Assembly (NCBI GenBank): GCA_965204755.1 | Contig: OZ242011.1 | Location: forward strand, 2,656,001 to 2,720,000 | Length of the DNA stretch: 64,000 nt | Direction: 5' to 3' | Origin: Candidatus Marinacidobacterium sp. | Lineage (GTDB): Bacteria > Acidobacteriota > Vicinamibacteria > Marinacidobacterales > Marinacidobacteraceae | Shown: piece after piece, positions 1-10,303 of the stretch | How the letters are laid out: every line of letters starts with the position of its first letter | How positions within the stretch are numbered: position 1 is the first letter of the stretch | Notes under the pieces: model-generated | Told to the model about the DNA's origin: nothing | The model's database searches: none | The model's input: only the letters and a program-made list of their open reading frames with translations | Program-made: the position numbers and the translations under genes

Positions 1-589
1 CCCCGGCCAGCCCGGCGTTCCCGTAGGAGTCGTCCTGGCGCAGGATCCCGATGCGGGAGATGCCGAAGTCGTCCACCAGCCGCCGGACCATCTCGTCGGT
101 CTCCTGGAAGTAGGAGGCCCGCACATTCACCACGGTGGGCGACTGCGCCTGGTCGCGCAGGAACTCCGCCCCGGTGAACGGGCCGATGTACGGCGCCCCG
201 GCCTCCCGGGCGAGCGGCTCCGCCGCCCGGGAAGTGGGGGTCCCGACCGCCCCGATCAGCGCGAACACGCTGTGCTCGTGCAGCAGCGCCCGCGTGTTCT
301 CGATCGCCCGCTCCGGCTCGTAGCCGTCGTCCAGCGAAGTGAGTTCGAGCCGCCGGCCGTGGACGCCGCCCGCCTGGTTCGCTTCGTTGAAGGCCGCGTT
401 GAGCCCGTGCCTCATGCCGACGCCGAGCGCCGCCGCCGGCCCGCTGAGCGCGGCGGACTGCCCGAACAGGATCGCTTCCTCGGTGACCCCGGGAACCCTC
501 CGCGCGGACTGCCCGGAGGCGGCGCCGGGAGCGCCCGCGCCGAGAACCGCCGCGAGGCCCGCGGCCGGGAGCCCGACTCGGAAACGCAC
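1..589 (-). CDS. ABC transporter substrate-binding protein, LivJ/branched-chain amino acid type (3' end outside window)
   Basis: Manual translation from GTG 589: MRFRVGLPAAGLAAVLGAG...PGVTEEAILFGQSAALSGPAAALG...GGVHGRRLELTSLDDGYEPERA...VFALIGAVGTPT. Signal peptide plus LivJ-like motifs. Confidence 0.85.
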   Translation of the reverse strand, partial: MRFRVGLPAAGLAAVLGAGAPGAASGQSARRVPGVTEEAILFGQSAALSGPAAALGVGMRHGLNAAFNEANQAGGVHGRRLELTSLDDGYEPERAIENTRALLHEHSVFALIGAVGTPTSRAAEPLAREAGAPYIGPFTGAEFLRDQAQSPTVVNVRASYFQETDEMVRRLVDDFGISRIGILRQDDSYGNAGLAG

Positions 590-596
590 CGGCGGA

Positions 597-1748
597 CTAC
601 TCCGTGTACCGGAGGGTCAGGCAGGTGATGTCGTCGGACTGGTGTTCGCCGCCGGTGAACTCGCGGACCTTCGCCACGACCGCCTGGTTCATCTCCTCCG
701 GCGTCCCGTCGGCCACTTCGGAGAGGGCCTTCTCCAGCCGCTCGTTCTCGAACAGGACCTTGTCGTCCCGCTCGGCCTCCGGGACGCCGTCGGTGTAGAG
801 GAAGACGCTGTCCCCGGACTGCAGGGCCACCGTGTCCTCGCCGTAGGCGAAGTCCGGCGCGACGCCGAGGGCGATCCCCGCGGTCAGCGGCATCTCCCGG
901 GGCTCGCCGCCGGGGCGCACCAGGTAGGGGGCGCAGTGCCCGGCGTTCGCGTAGGTGAACTTGCCCTCGGCGTCGAGCACCCCGTAGAGCAGGGTCACGA
1001 ACATCGCGGACTCGTTGTCCTCGACGAGGAGGTTGTTGATCCGGGTCAGGACTTCCCCCGGGCCGAGCGCGCTCACCGCGTGCCCCTTCACCAGCGTCCG
1101 GCTGACCATCATGAACAGCGCCGCCGGGACGCCCTTGCCGGAGACATCGGCCATCACCACCCCGACCCGGCTGTCCGGCAGGTGGAAGACATCGTAGAAG
1201 TCCCCCCCCACATCCTGCGCCGGGGTCATCACCGCGTGGGTCTCGCAGTGCTCGGTCTTCGGGAACTGCTGCGGCAGGATGGACATCTGCATGTTCCGGG
1301 CGACCCGGAGTTCCTGGTGGAGCGCCACCAACTGGTTGCGGTGCTTCAGGGCGTCCCGCATCACCTCGAGGTGGGTCAGGGTCTTCTCGATGGTGAGTTC
1401 GAGGTCGGAGAAGTCGATCGGCTTGGTGACGAAGTCGAACGCCCCCCGGTTCATCGCGGTGCGGATGTTCCGCATGTCGCCGTAGGCGGAGACCACCACC
1501 GCCCGCACCCGGGGCCGGTTGTTCTTCAGTTCGTTGAGCAGGGTGAGCCCGTCCATCCGGGGCATGTTGATGTCGGTCATGATCAACTCGATGTCCTCGT
1601 GCTTCTCGAGGGCTTCGAGCGCCTGGACGCCGTCGTGCGCGAAGACGAAGTTCAACTCGCCCTTGCGGATGCGGCGGCGGAACCGCTGCCGGATGAGGCT
1701 TTCGAGATCGGGCTCGTCGTCCACGACCAGGATCGTTTGGGGTGCCAT
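597..1748 (-). CDS. Response-regulator receiver + PP2C/SpoIIE (RsbU/RsbP-like) phosphatase
   Basis: ILVVDDE...TDINMPRMDG...KP receiver motifs; VGGDFYD, ADVSGKG, LYTDGV, SDDIT PP2C motifs. Start taken at MAPQT. Confidence 0.92.
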   Translation of the reverse strand: MAPQTILVVDDEPDLESLIRQRFRRRIRKGELNFVFAHDGVQALEALEKHEDIELIMTDINMPRMDGLTLLNELKNNRPRVRAVVVSAYGDMRNIRTAMNRGAFDFVTKPIDFSDLELTIEKTLTHLEVMRDALKHRNQLVALHQELRVARNMQMSILPQQFPKTEHCETHAVMTPAQDVGGDFYDVFHLPDSRVGVVMADVSGKGVPAALFMMVSRTLVKGHAVSALGPGEVLTRINNLLVEDNESAMFVTLLYGVLDAEGKFTYANAGHCAPYLVRPGGEPREMPLTAGIALGVAPDFAYGEDTVALQSGDSVFLYTDGVPEAERDDKVLFENERLEKALSEVADGTPEEMNQAVVAKVREFTGGEHQSDDITCLTLRYTE

Positions 1749-1984
1749 GGCGCGGGTATTTTCGCAGATGGCGCCCCGCTCCGGTAGCGTCTTTCCGCGG
1801 GGGGCGGGAGGGCCGCCGCCGTCCCGCCGGCCCGGGGGCGCCCCGCGCCGCCCGCCCGCCGGCGCCGCCTCCCGGGGCCCCCGCGGCGTTCTCCCGGTTG
1901 AAGCATCGAGCCGGTTTCCGGTAGGTTCGCCGGCCGCCCGCCCCCTCCCGGTGGCCGGGCCGTTCCTCCGGAGGAGGCCCCCCC

Positions 1985-3304
1985 ATGTTCGCAAGTTCCC
2001 TCTCCCGCCGCCGGTTCCTCGGCGCCTCGGCCGCCGCGCTCGGCGGCGCCGCCCTCCCCGCCTCGCTCGCCGCCGGGCAGCAGCGGCCGGTCCCGCCGCT
2101 CCCGCTCGCCGACCTCACGCCCCCGGCGGATCCCGGCGAGGACTACTGGTGGAAGGTCCGCTCCCAGTTCAATGTGGTGGACGGGATGGCCTTCATGAAC
2201 AACGGCACCCTGGGGCCGAGCCCCCGGATCGTCGCCGACGAGGAGGCCCGGATCTACGCCGAGATCGCCGCCGACCCGACGAACGGCTACCGCCGCGCCG
2301 AACTCCACGAGCACCGGGAGACCCTGGCCGCCTTCATCGGCGCCGAGCCCGACGAAGTGACCTACACCCGGAGCACCACCGAAGGGATGAACATCTTCGG
2401 CCGGGGCCTCGACTGGAAGAGCGGCGACGAGATCCTGATGTGCACCCACGAGCACAACGGCGGGATCGAGCCCTACATCCACGCCGAGGAGCGCTACGGG
2501 GCGGCCATCCGCTGGGTGGACATCCCCTCGCCGCCGGAGAGCGTGGACCAGATCGTCTCGATCTACGAGCAGGCGGTCACCCCCCGCACCCGGGCGATCA
2601 TGGTCAGCCACATGACCTATGTGACCGGCCTGCTGATGCCGGTGAAGGAACTCGCCGACCTCTGCCGCCGGAAGAACCTGCTCCTCACCGTGGACGGCGC
2701 CCACCCGCTGGGGATGATCGCCCTCGACATGAAGGCCCTCGACTGCCACCACTACGCCGGGGCGGGCCAGAAGTGGCTCCTGGCCGGCACCGGCACCGGG
2801 CTCTCCTACATCCGCCGGGACACCATCGGCGAGGTCTGGCCGCTCATCGGCGCGGGCACCTACAAGGTGGACGGCGAGCGGCAGTTCTACGAGGACTCCC
2901 GCAAGTTCGAGAACACCGGCCAGCGCCATACCCCCTCCGCCTTCGCCCTGGTCAAGTCGGTGGAGTTCCAGAAGGTGATCGGCAAGGCCCGCATCGAGGC
3001 CCGCGTCCGGTCGCTCTCCCGCCGGTTGCGGGACGGCCTGGCGGAGATCCCCGGCGTGAAGACCTGGACGGCGAACCGCGACGACCTGGCCGCCGGCCTG
3101 ACCCTGTTCTCGATCCACGACCTGCCGATGGACAACATCCAGCAGGCGCTCCTGGAGCGCGACCGGGTCTTCATCCGGACGATGGGCACCGGGAACCTGA
3201 ACGCGGTGCGCGCCTCCACGCACTTCTACAACATGCCCCACGAAGTGGACCGGCTGCTCGCCGGGGTCCGGAAGATCGCCGGGAACCCGACCTCGGTCGC
3301 GTAG
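1985..3304 (+). CDS. Class V PLP-dependent aminotransferase (isopenicillin N epimerase/cysteine lyase-like) with Tat signal
   Basis: SRRRFL Tat motif; NNGTLG, TRSTTEG, VDGAH, GAGQKWL (PLP Lys), VRASTHFYN. Confidence 0.88.
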   Translation: MFASSLSRRRFLGASAAALGGAALPASLAAGQQRPVPPLPLADLTPPADPGEDYWWKVRSQFNVVDGMAFMNNGTLGPSPRIVADEEARIYAEIAADPTNGYRRAELHEHRETLAAFIGAEPDEVTYTRSTTEGMNIFGRGLDWKSGDEILMCTHEHNGGIEPYIHAEERYGAAIRWVDIPSPPESVDQIVSIYEQAVTPRTRAIMVSHMTYVTGLLMPVKELADLCRRKNLLLTVDGAHPLGMIALDMKALDCHHYAGAGQKWLLAGTGTGLSYIRRDTIGEVWPLIGAGTYKVDGERQFYEDSRKFENTGQRHTPSAFALVKSVEFQKVIGKARIEARVRSLSRRLRDGLAEIPGVKTWTANRDDLAAGLTLFSIHDLPMDNIQQALLERDRVFIRTMGTGNLNAVRASTHFYNMPHEVDRLLAGVRKIAGNPTSVA

Positions 3305-3355
3305 CGGGTTCCGGCCCCGCCCCCTCCGGCCCCGCCCTCCGCGGCGGGGCCGGAC

Positions 3356-4057
3356 CTACCGGAGGAGGGCTTCCCGGAAGCCGGGGTCGCTCAGCCCCGG
3401 CGCGTCGGCGGCGACTTCCGGCAACTCCCCGTTCCACGCGCCGGCCGCGGACTCCAGCCGGCGCCGCCGCTCGTCGGTGAGCGCGCCCTGCGGCGACGGC
3501 GTTCGTTGGTCGAACCAAGTGAGCGCCGCGACGACCCGCGGCAGGAGTTCCGGTTCCGGGTAGAACGCCTGCATCGCGGCGAGGGCGCGCGGCAGGGACT
3601 CCCCGGCGGCGAGCAGGGCCGCGAGGTCCGCCGCGTCGTTCTCCTCGTGCCGTTGGTAGGCCATCGCCGCCTTGAACCCGGCGAGGTCGAGACGCGAAGC
3701 CACCCGCGGCCCGTCCGCCGCGGCGAGCGGCGCCCCGAGGCGCGGATGCGGGAGACCCCCGAAGAACGAGAGGAGCACCGGGCCGGCGCCGGTGTCGAGC
3801 CGCAGGCCGAGCGTGTTCTTCTTGTCCTGCGTCACCGGCGCCCGTTCGAGATCCAACCGGCGGCGCAGCGCCCGCTTCCCGGCGTCGTCCAGCGGCAGCG
3901 ACGAGAAGAAGTCGAAGTCCACGGAGTCCCGGTGCGCCGCGTGGAGGGCCACCGCGGTACCGCCGTAGAGGACGAAGTCCTCGCGGGTCGGGGTCAGTCG
4001 GCGCCAAGCCTCTCGCTGCGGCGCGGGCAGGCGGCTCAGGTGGAGCGCGGGAGGCAC
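3356..4057 (-). CDS. Nucleotidyltransferase AbiEii/AbiGii-family toxin (type IV TA-like)
   Basis: FVLYGGTAVALHAAHRDSVDFDFF motif, later KAAMAYQR...DAADL. GTG start overlaps the upstream gene. Confidence 0.8.
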   Translation of the reverse strand: MPPALHLSRLPAPQREAWRRLTPTREDFVLYGGTAVALHAAHRDSVDFDFFSSLPLDDAGKRALRRRLDLERAPVTQDKKNTLGLRLDTGAGPVLLSFFGGLPHPRLGAPLAAADGPRVASRLDLAGFKAAMAYQRHEENDAADLAALLAAGESLPRALAAMQAFYPEPELLPRVVAALTWFDQRTPSPQGALTDERRRRLESAAGAWNGELPEVAADAPGLSDPGFREALLR

Positions 4058-4542
4058 TCCGCGTAGCCGCGCTTCCGGTCGGGGTAGAGCGGAGGCCAGA
4101 CCGTCGGCGCCGGATCCTCGGTGTCCGGCGGCAGCGCGCCCGCGGCCTTCATCTCCGTGACCATGGTCGGCGCCGGTCGGCGGGGCCGCTCCCCGTGGAG
4201 CCGGAGGTGCCAGTACTTCCACTCGATCGGGCTCATGGCGCCCGGCCGGGCGTGGTGGAGGGCGATGCGGAAGGCGCGTTGGCCGAAGAGGTCGAGCCCG
4301 AGGAGCGCGTGTCGGCTCGGCCCCTGCCGCATCAGCCCGCAGAGCAGCGTGACCCCGTCCCGCGCCAGCCCCACCCGGTCCGCCGGCCCGCACCGCCAGG
4401 TGCTCTCCTGCTCCAGCCGCCGCAACTCCGCCAGCCGCTCCGGCGGGCAGCCCGCGACCAGGTCCATCCACGGGCGCTCCCCCGGCGGCGCGTGGCGGGC
4501 CGAGGGTTCCGCGTAGCGGTCCGCCGCCCCCTCGTCAGGCAT
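4036..4542 (-). CDS. Hypothetical protein, putative cognate antitoxin of the AbiEii-type toxin
   Basis: 168-aa ORF overlapping both the amidase stop and the toxin start; contains ARPGAMSPIEWKYWHLRL. Confidence 0.55.
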   Translation of the reverse strand: MPDEGAADRYAEPSARHAPPGERPWMDLVAGCPPERLAELRRLEQESTWRCGPADRVGLARDGVTLLCGLMRQGPSRHALLGLDLFGQRAFRIALHHARPGAMSPIEWKYWHLRLHGERPRRPAPTMVTEMKAAGALPPDTEDPAPTVWPPLYPDRKRGYAECLPRST

Positions 4543-6370
4543 CCGCGTCCCCGAATCCCGGCGGCATCCGCCGGTGGTAGTCCGTCACCCCCTGGAACGC
4601 GTGGGCCAGCGTCAGGACTTCGGAGTCGCCGTAGAGCCGCCCGGTGAACCGGAGGCTGGTCGGCGACCCCTCGTGGAACCCGCTCGGCACGGAGACCTCC
4701 GGGTGCCCGGTCAGGTTCGTGAGCCCGAGATGCGAGCCGACGAACAGGTCGAGGTCGCCCAGCGCCTCGTCGAACTCCTGCATGATCCGGGTGCGGACCC
4801 GCATCGCCTGGATGTACTCCACCGCCGGGACGAACCGGTGGAGCCGGAACGAGTCCGGCCAGCGGCTCTCCTCCGGCGGCTCCTTCATCGCCAGGTCCGC
4901 CCCGCTCCGGGCCAGCGCGTCGTGCGCCGCCGCCGACTCGGTGGTGAGCACGAACCCGAGGTCGTCGGAGCCGAAGTCCGGCAGGTCGAACGGCGCGATC
5001 TCCACCCCGATCCCCCGGAGCGCCTCCAGCGCCGCCCGCGTATTCGCCTGCGTGGCCCGCCGCAGCGCGGTCTGCTCCGGGTTCTCCGGGTCGTCCTCGA
5101 CTTCGTCCTCGACCGCCGCCCGGTCGTAGCCCACGCGCAGCCGGGTCGGGTCGGCGCCGGCGTCCCAGGCGAACGGCGGGTCGTTCACCGCCCGGTCGAG
5201 CCCGTCCGCCCCCCGGATCGCGTCGAAGACCAGCGCGCAGTCCTCGGCGCTCCGGCACATCGGCCCGATCTTGTCCATCGTCCAGGAAAGCGCCATCGCC
5301 CCGGCCCGGCTGACCCGGCCGAAGGTCGGCCGGAGGCCGCTGACCCCGTTCCGGGTGGAGGGCGAGATGATCGAGCCGCGGGTCTCCGTCCCGATGGCGA
5401 ACCCGACCAGTCCGGCGGCGGTGGCGGAACCCGACCCGGCGGAGGAGCCGCTCGACCCCTGCTCGGTGTTCCACGGGTTGCGCGTCCGGCCGCCGAACCA
5501 GCGGTCCCCCTGCGCCAGCGCCCCCATGCTCAACTTGGCCACCAGCACCGCCCCCGCCTCGGTCAACTTGGAGTAAACCGTCGCGTCCTCGGGAATCTCC
5601 CGGTCGCGGTAGGGCGAAGCGCCCCAGGTGGTCTTCGTCCCGCGGACGGAGAGGAGGTCCTTCGCGCCCCAGGGGATCCCGTGGAGCGGGCCGCGGTAGT
5701 TCCCGGCGGCGATCTCCTCGTCGGCCCGCGCCGCCTGCTCCCGCGCCAGGTCTTCGGTCAGGTTCACCACGCAGTGGAGCCGCCCGTCGAACCGGCGCAG
5801 CCGCTCCAGGTACGCCTCGGTGAGTTCCGTCGAAGTGAGTTCGCGGGTCTCGATCAGCCGCGCCAGGCGGGTCACCGGCAGGAACGCCAGTTCCGCGTCC
5901 GACGCCGGCCGGGCGGCCTCGGGCCGCGACGGGCGCATCCCCCCCGCGCCGGTTTCCGGCATCGCCTTCCCCGGCGGCAGCGGGTGGAAGACGAAGGAGG
6001 GCGGCAGGTGGTTGTGGACTTCCGGGTCGCGGATGCCCCGGTAGGAGTCCAGCAGGCTCCGCTCGCCGTTCAGCCGCTCGGCGACCACGGACAGTTCGTC
6101 GTCCGAGAGGTCGAGCCCGGCCAGTTGCTGCGCGGTGCGGAGCATCCCGACGGAGACCTGCTCGGCCTCGGCGGCGCAGGCGGTGAGCGCGCCGGGGAGC
6201 AGCGTCCCGCCGAGCCCCAGCCCGGAGAGCCCGGCGACGAACCGCCGCCGGTTCCATTCGAGGCGCTCCGGGCCGGGCGGAGGCGCGGCGCGGGAGTCGG
6301 CGCGGGACGGGCCGTCGGCGGCCGGTCGGGAAGGGGAGGGGAGGGCGGGATCGGACGAGGAATCGGGCAT
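4535..6370 (-). CDS. Amidase signature family enzyme (GatA-like) with Tat signal
   Basis: NRRRFV Tat motif; GPLHGIPWGAKDL, GSSGSSAGS, IGTETRGSIISP. Confidence 0.9.
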   Translation of the reverse strand: MPDSSSDPALPSPSRPAADGPSRADSRAAPPPGPERLEWNRRRFVAGLSGLGLGGTLLPGALTACAAEAEQVSVGMLRTAQQLAGLDLSDDELSVVAERLNGERSLLDSYRGIRDPEVHNHLPPSFVFHPLPPGKAMPETGAGGMRPSRPEAARPASDAELAFLPVTRLARLIETRELTSTELTEAYLERLRRFDGRLHCVVNLTEDLAREQAARADEEIAAGNYRGPLHGIPWGAKDLLSVRGTKTTWGASPYRDREIPEDATVYSKLTEAGAVLVAKLSMGALAQGDRWFGGRTRNPWNTEQGSSGSSAGSGSATAAGLVGFAIGTETRGSIISPSTRNGVSGLRPTFGRVSRAGAMALSWTMDKIGPMCRSAEDCALVFDAIRGADGLDRAVNDPPFAWDAGADPTRLRVGYDRAAVEDEVEDDPENPEQTALRRATQANTRAALEALRGIGVEIAPFDLPDFGSDDLGFVLTTESAAAHDALARSGADLAMKEPPEESRWPDSFRLHRFVPAVEYIQAMRVRTRIMQEFDEALGDLDLFVGSHLGLTNLTGHPEVSVPSGFHEGSPTSLRFTGRLYGDSEVLTLAHAFQGVTDYHRRMPPGFGDADA

Positions 6371-6478
6371 GGCGCGCCCATTCTCTCCGGTTCGCGGAGA
6401 GTTCCGCCACCCGCGCCCCGGCCTTACCCTCTCCCGCCCCTCGCCCGACTTCCCACCTCGCCCCGCCGCCCCGTCCGC

Positions 6479-7504
6479 ATGACCGCTTCCCCCTCCGCCC
6501 GCCGCCCCTCCCCGCCGAAGACCCTGCGCGTGCACCTCGCCACGGACCCCGGCGACGACAGCGGCTACCGGCTGGACGAGGAGCGGTTCCGCGCCGCCGG
6601 TCGGGAGTTCCCGGAGACCTTCGCCCGCCTCCGCCCGACCTACTCCGACGACGAGGCCGGCTTCCGGCGCGGCGTCCGGGACGCCGAAGTGCTGATCGGC
6701 TGGAAGTTCCCCCGGGCGGGCCTCGCCGACCTGGCCCCGCGTCTCCGCCGGGTGCAACTCATCGGGGCCGGCGTGGACCACCTCTACCCGCTCGACTGGC
6801 TGCCCCCGGGGGCGAAACTGCTCACCGCGAGCGGCGTCCACACCAAGAAGTGCTTCGAGTATGTGCTCATGGCGCTCGTCGCCCTCCGCACGCGCCTCCC
6901 GCAGTTCGTCGTTTCCCAGGCGCGGCGGGAGTGGACGAAGATCCAGACCGGCACGCTCGAAGGCAAGACCGCGCTGGTCATCGGGCTGGGCGCCGTCGGC
7001 GCCGGCGCCGCCGAGGCGGCCCGCACCCTGGGGATGCGCGTCCTGGGCGTCCGCCGCACCGCCCGCCCCCACCGCTTCGCGGACGAACTCTTCCGCCCGG
7101 AGGAGTTGTCCCGCGCCCTGCCGCGCGCCGACCATGTGGTGCTGGCCGCGCCGCTGACCCGCGAGACCACCGAGATCCTGGGAGCGGACGAGATCGCTCT
7201 CCTCCCCCGGGGCGCCGGCGTCGTGAACCTGGGCCGGGGCCGGCTCGTCTCCCAGCCGGCGCTCGTCGCCGCCCTCCGCAGCGGCCAGGTCGGCGGCGCG
7301 TTCCTGGACACGGTCTGGCCGGAGCCGCTCCCCCCGGAGAGCGACCTCTGGGACGCCCCGAACCTGATCCTCACCCCCCATGTCGGCGCCGACGACATCG
7401 AGCGCTATGTCCCGATGGTCTTCCGCATCGCCCTCGACAACCTCTCCCGCTACTTCGCCGGCAAACCCCAACGCAATGTCGTAAACCCCCGCCGCGGCTA
7501 CTGA
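6479..7504 (+). CDS. D-2-hydroxyacid dehydrogenase (NAD-binding)
   Basis: GAGVDH, IGLGAVG Rossmann motif, VNLGRG, LDTVWPEPLP, ILTPHVG. Confidence 0.9.
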   Translation: MTASPSARRPSPPKTLRVHLATDPGDDSGYRLDEERFRAAGREFPETFARLRPTYSDDEAGFRRGVRDAEVLIGWKFPRAGLADLAPRLRRVQLIGAGVDHLYPLDWLPPGAKLLTASGVHTKKCFEYVLMALVALRTRLPQFVVSQARREWTKIQTGTLEGKTALVIGLGAVGAGAAEAARTLGMRVLGVRRTARPHRFADELFRPEELSRALPRADHVVLAAPLTRETTEILGADEIALLPRGAGVVNLGRGRLVSQPALVAALRSGQVGGAFLDTVWPEPLPPESDLWDAPNLILTPHVGADDIERYVPMVFRIALDNLSRYFAGKPQRNVVNPRRGY

Positions 7505-7816
7505 GGCCGGGCGCGGCGGCGGGGGCGGTCTTCGATCCCTTCGGCCGGGCGAGCCGCGGCGCCGGGAAGGCGGCGCGCGGAAGGGGTGAAGTTTCTTGTC
7601 CGGGCGCGCCGTTACCTTTCGCCCAGTCACCCCGTACGGATGCCGCTGCGTCGAGGCGGCGCCGCCGGTGACGGAGGAAGACCGCCCATGACCGCCCGCC
7701 GAGCCGGCGCTCCGACGCCGATGGCGAACGCGCCGGTGGCGTCCGGCGGCCCGGTGCCGGGCTTGGCCGGGAGAGGCCGGCGCCGGGCCCCCGATGTTCT
7801 ATCCTTGCCCCATCCG

Positions 7817-9082
7817 ATGGCAGTCCCCGGAGACGCGCCCTCCGGCGGCCGGCGCGTGTACTTGGACTACGCCGCAACGACGCCGGCCGACCCGGGCGTG
7901 ATCGCCGCCATGACGGAGTGCCTCGGGCGGGAGGGCGTGTTCGGGAACCCCGCGTCCCGGACGCACGCCTTCGGGCGGGAGGCGTCCGAGCGGGTGGAGA
8001 CGGCGCGGGAGTCGGTGGCCTCCCTGATCGGGGCCGAACCCTCCGAGGTCGTCTGGACTTCCGGCGCGACGGAATCCACGAACTTGGCCGTCAAGGGCGT
8101 GGCGTTGGCCGCGACCGCGTCCGGAGCCGGCGAGCGGCGACGCCACATCGTCACCTCCGCCGCCGAGCACAAGGCGACCCTGGACTGCTGCGGCTGGCTG
8201 GAGGGCCGCGGCTTCGAGGTCACCCGCCTGCGCCCGGACTCCGCCGGCGCCATCACCGCGCGGGCCGTGGAAGCGGCCCTGCGCCGGGACACCGTCCTCG
8301 TTTCGCTGATGGCGGTCAACAACGAAGTCGGGACGATCACCGACCTCGGCGCGATCGGCGCGGTCACTCGCGCTCGGGGCATCGTCTTCCACGCTGACCT
8401 GGCGCAGGCCGCGGCGCGGCTTCCCGTGTCCGTTGATTCGCTCCGGCTGGACTTGGCTTCGCTCAGCGGGCACAAGATGTACGGCCCGAAGGGCGTGGGG
8501 GCGCTCTATGTCCGCCGCTCCGTGCGGGACCGCATCGAACCCCAAGTCCACGGCGGGGGACAGGAGTTGGGCCTGCGCGCCGGCACCCTCCCGACGCACC
8601 AGATCGTCGGGATGGGCGCGGCGGCGGAGTTGGTCCGGCGCCGGCTGGACGAAGACCGGGAGCGGGTGGCCGCCCTGGAGCGGCGCCTGCTCGACTCCCT
8701 CGGCGGCGTGGACGGCTTCTTCCGCAACAGCGACGGGGCGGACCGGGTCCCGGGGATCGTCAGCGTCGGCTTCGAAGGCGTAGCGAGCGAGTCTCTCCTT
8801 GTGGCGCTTCCGGACCTGGCGCTCTCCACCGGGTCCGCCTGCACCTCCCGCCGAGTGGAACCGTCGCATGTGCTCGCCTCCCTGGGTGTCCCGGAAGACC
8901 GGGCGCGTTGTTCGGTTCGGGTGAGCCTCGGGCGGTACGCCACGGAAGCCGATGTGGAATACGCGGCCCGGCGACTGGCCGCGTGCGTCACCGGTCTGCG
9001 CGCCCTCGCCTCGGTGGCGCCCGCGGCGCCGCGCTATCTCGCCGAAGATCCGGCTGACCTGCCTGTCGGAGTGTCCGCCTGA
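7817..9082 (+). CDS. dndA: Cysteine desulfurase, IscS/DndA type
   Basis: YLDYAATTP, FGNPAS, TSGATES, SGHKMYGPKG (PLP Lys), GSACTS (catalytic Cys). Stop overlaps the dndC start (TGATG). The dndA symbol rests on context. Confidence 0.88.
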   Translation: MAVPGDAPSGGRRVYLDYAATTPADPGVIAAMTECLGREGVFGNPASRTHAFGREASERVETARESVASLIGAEPSEVVWTSGATESTNLAVKGVALAATASGAGERRRHIVTSAAEHKATLDCCGWLEGRGFEVTRLRPDSAGAITARAVEAALRRDTVLVSLMAVNNEVGTITDLGAIGAVTRARGIVFHADLAQAAARLPVSVDSLRLDLASLSGHKMYGPKGVGALYVRRSVRDRIEPQVHGGGQELGLRAGTLPTHQIVGMGAAAELVRRRLDEDRERVAALERRLLDSLGGVDGFFRNSDGADRVPGIVSVGFEGVASESLLVALPDLALSTGSACTSRRVEPSHVLASLGVPEDRARCSVRVSLGRYATEADVEYAARRLAACVTGLRALASVAPAAPRYLAEDPADLPVGVSA

Positions 9083-10260
9083 TGCCCTTCCCGCTCCCCG
9101 TCCTCGACACGGCGCCACCGGATGTATCCGGAGTGGCTGACCGCTTGGGCGAGACGATGCAGGCGATCCGGCAGGCATATCTCCGGCGGGACCGGCATCC
9201 GTGGGTCGTGGCGTACTCCGGCGGCAAGGACTCGACGCTCCTCCTGCAACTCGTGTGGGAGGTCGTCGAGTCGCTGCCGGAGTCCGACCGCCGCCGGCAG
9301 ATCGTGCTCGTCGGCAACGACACCCTCGTCGAGTCGCCGCTCGTCATCGGTCACCTGCGGGGAAGTCTGGAAACCATCCGGCGGGTGGCCCGGAAGCGGA
9401 GCCTTCCGATCAATGTGCGCATCACGAAGCCCCACATCGACCAGACCTTCTGGGTCAATGTCATCGGCCGCGGTTACATTCCTCCTACCCGCAACTTCCG
9501 CTGGTGCACCGACCGGATGAAGATCCGCCCGACGAGTCAACTTCTCGAACAGTTGGTGCGGGCGAACAAGAAGGCGGTCCTGCTCGTCGGAACGCGCAAG
9601 GCGGAATCGGAAACGCGCCGGCGCAACATGAAGAGGCACGGCGCGAGCGCCCGGCGCATGAACCGCCACAGCAGCGTGGAGGGCTGCTGGATGTTCGCTC
9701 CGCTGGCCGACCTCAGCGACGAAGAGGTCTGGATGATCCTGATGCAACGCAACCCCCCTTGGGGCGGCACGCATCAGGACTTGATCACTCTCTATCGAAA
9801 CGCTGGCGGCGGAGAGTGCCCGCTCGTCCTCACCAAGGCCGATGCGCCCTCGTGCGGGACGACTTCGCCCCGTTTCGGCTGCTGGACATGCACCGTCGTG
9901 ACCAAAGACCGCAGCCTCCGGGGCCTCATAGACTCCGGCCACCGGGACGCCTCCGCCATGGAGCGGCTCTTCGAATTCCGCGAGTGGCTTGTCGAACTTC
10001 GGGAAGACGACCGAAACCGGGACCGGACGCGCCGCGACGGAAGCGTGAAGCGCCGCAGCGACGGCTCCTATGTCATGGGCCCCTTCACGCTCGAGGTTCG
10101 CGAAAAAATCCTGGAACGGCTGCAGCAACTCGAGAAGGCGGTCGGGGTCGACCTGATCCAGCGCGGCGAGATGGATCTCATCCACGACATCTGGCGCCGT
10201 GATCGAGTCCAAGAAGAATGCCGCTCGGCGTTCCGTGAAGCCTTTGCGATTTCCGCGTGA
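9082..10260 (+). CDS. dndC: DNA phosphorothioation sulfurtransferase DndC (PAPS reductase family)
   Basis: PWVVAYSGGKDS PP-loop, DTLVESP, FWVNVIGRGYIPPTRNFRWCTDRMKIRP, ECPLV...PSCG...RFGCWTCTVV, GPFTLE; these match DndC signatures. Confidence 0.9.
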   Translation: MPFPLPVLDTAPPDVSGVADRLGETMQAIRQAYLRRDRHPWVVAYSGGKDSTLLLQLVWEVVESLPESDRRRQIVLVGNDTLVESPLVIGHLRGSLETIRRVARKRSLPINVRITKPHIDQTFWVNVIGRGYIPPTRNFRWCTDRMKIRPTSQLLEQLVRANKKAVLLVGTRKAESETRRRNMKRHGASARRMNRHSSVEGCWMFAPLADLSDEEVWMILMQRNPPWGGTHQDLITLYRNAGGGECPLVLTKADAPSCGTTSPRFGCWTCTVVTKDRSLRGLIDSGHRDASAMERLFEFREWLVELREDDRNRDRTRRDGSVKRRSDGSYVMGPFTLEVREKILERLQQLEKAVGVDLIQRGEMDLIHDIWRRDRVQEECRSAFREAFAISA

Positions 10261-10303
10261 TCCTGTGAATCTGATCCCTCGGACTTCCATTCGAGCGGAG
10301 GCC

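Noticed and set aside
1985-3304. Second sulfur donor for the PT system
   Set aside because: Tat-exported and lacks the GSAC/RxGxHC catalytic Cys loop of cysteine desulfurases.
9082-10260. Housekeeping CysH/PAPS reductase or SspD interpretation
   Set aside because: DndC-specific motifs (FRWCTDRMKI, RFGCWTCTVV) and nuclease/helicase neighbours are present; no cys genes or sspBC nearby.
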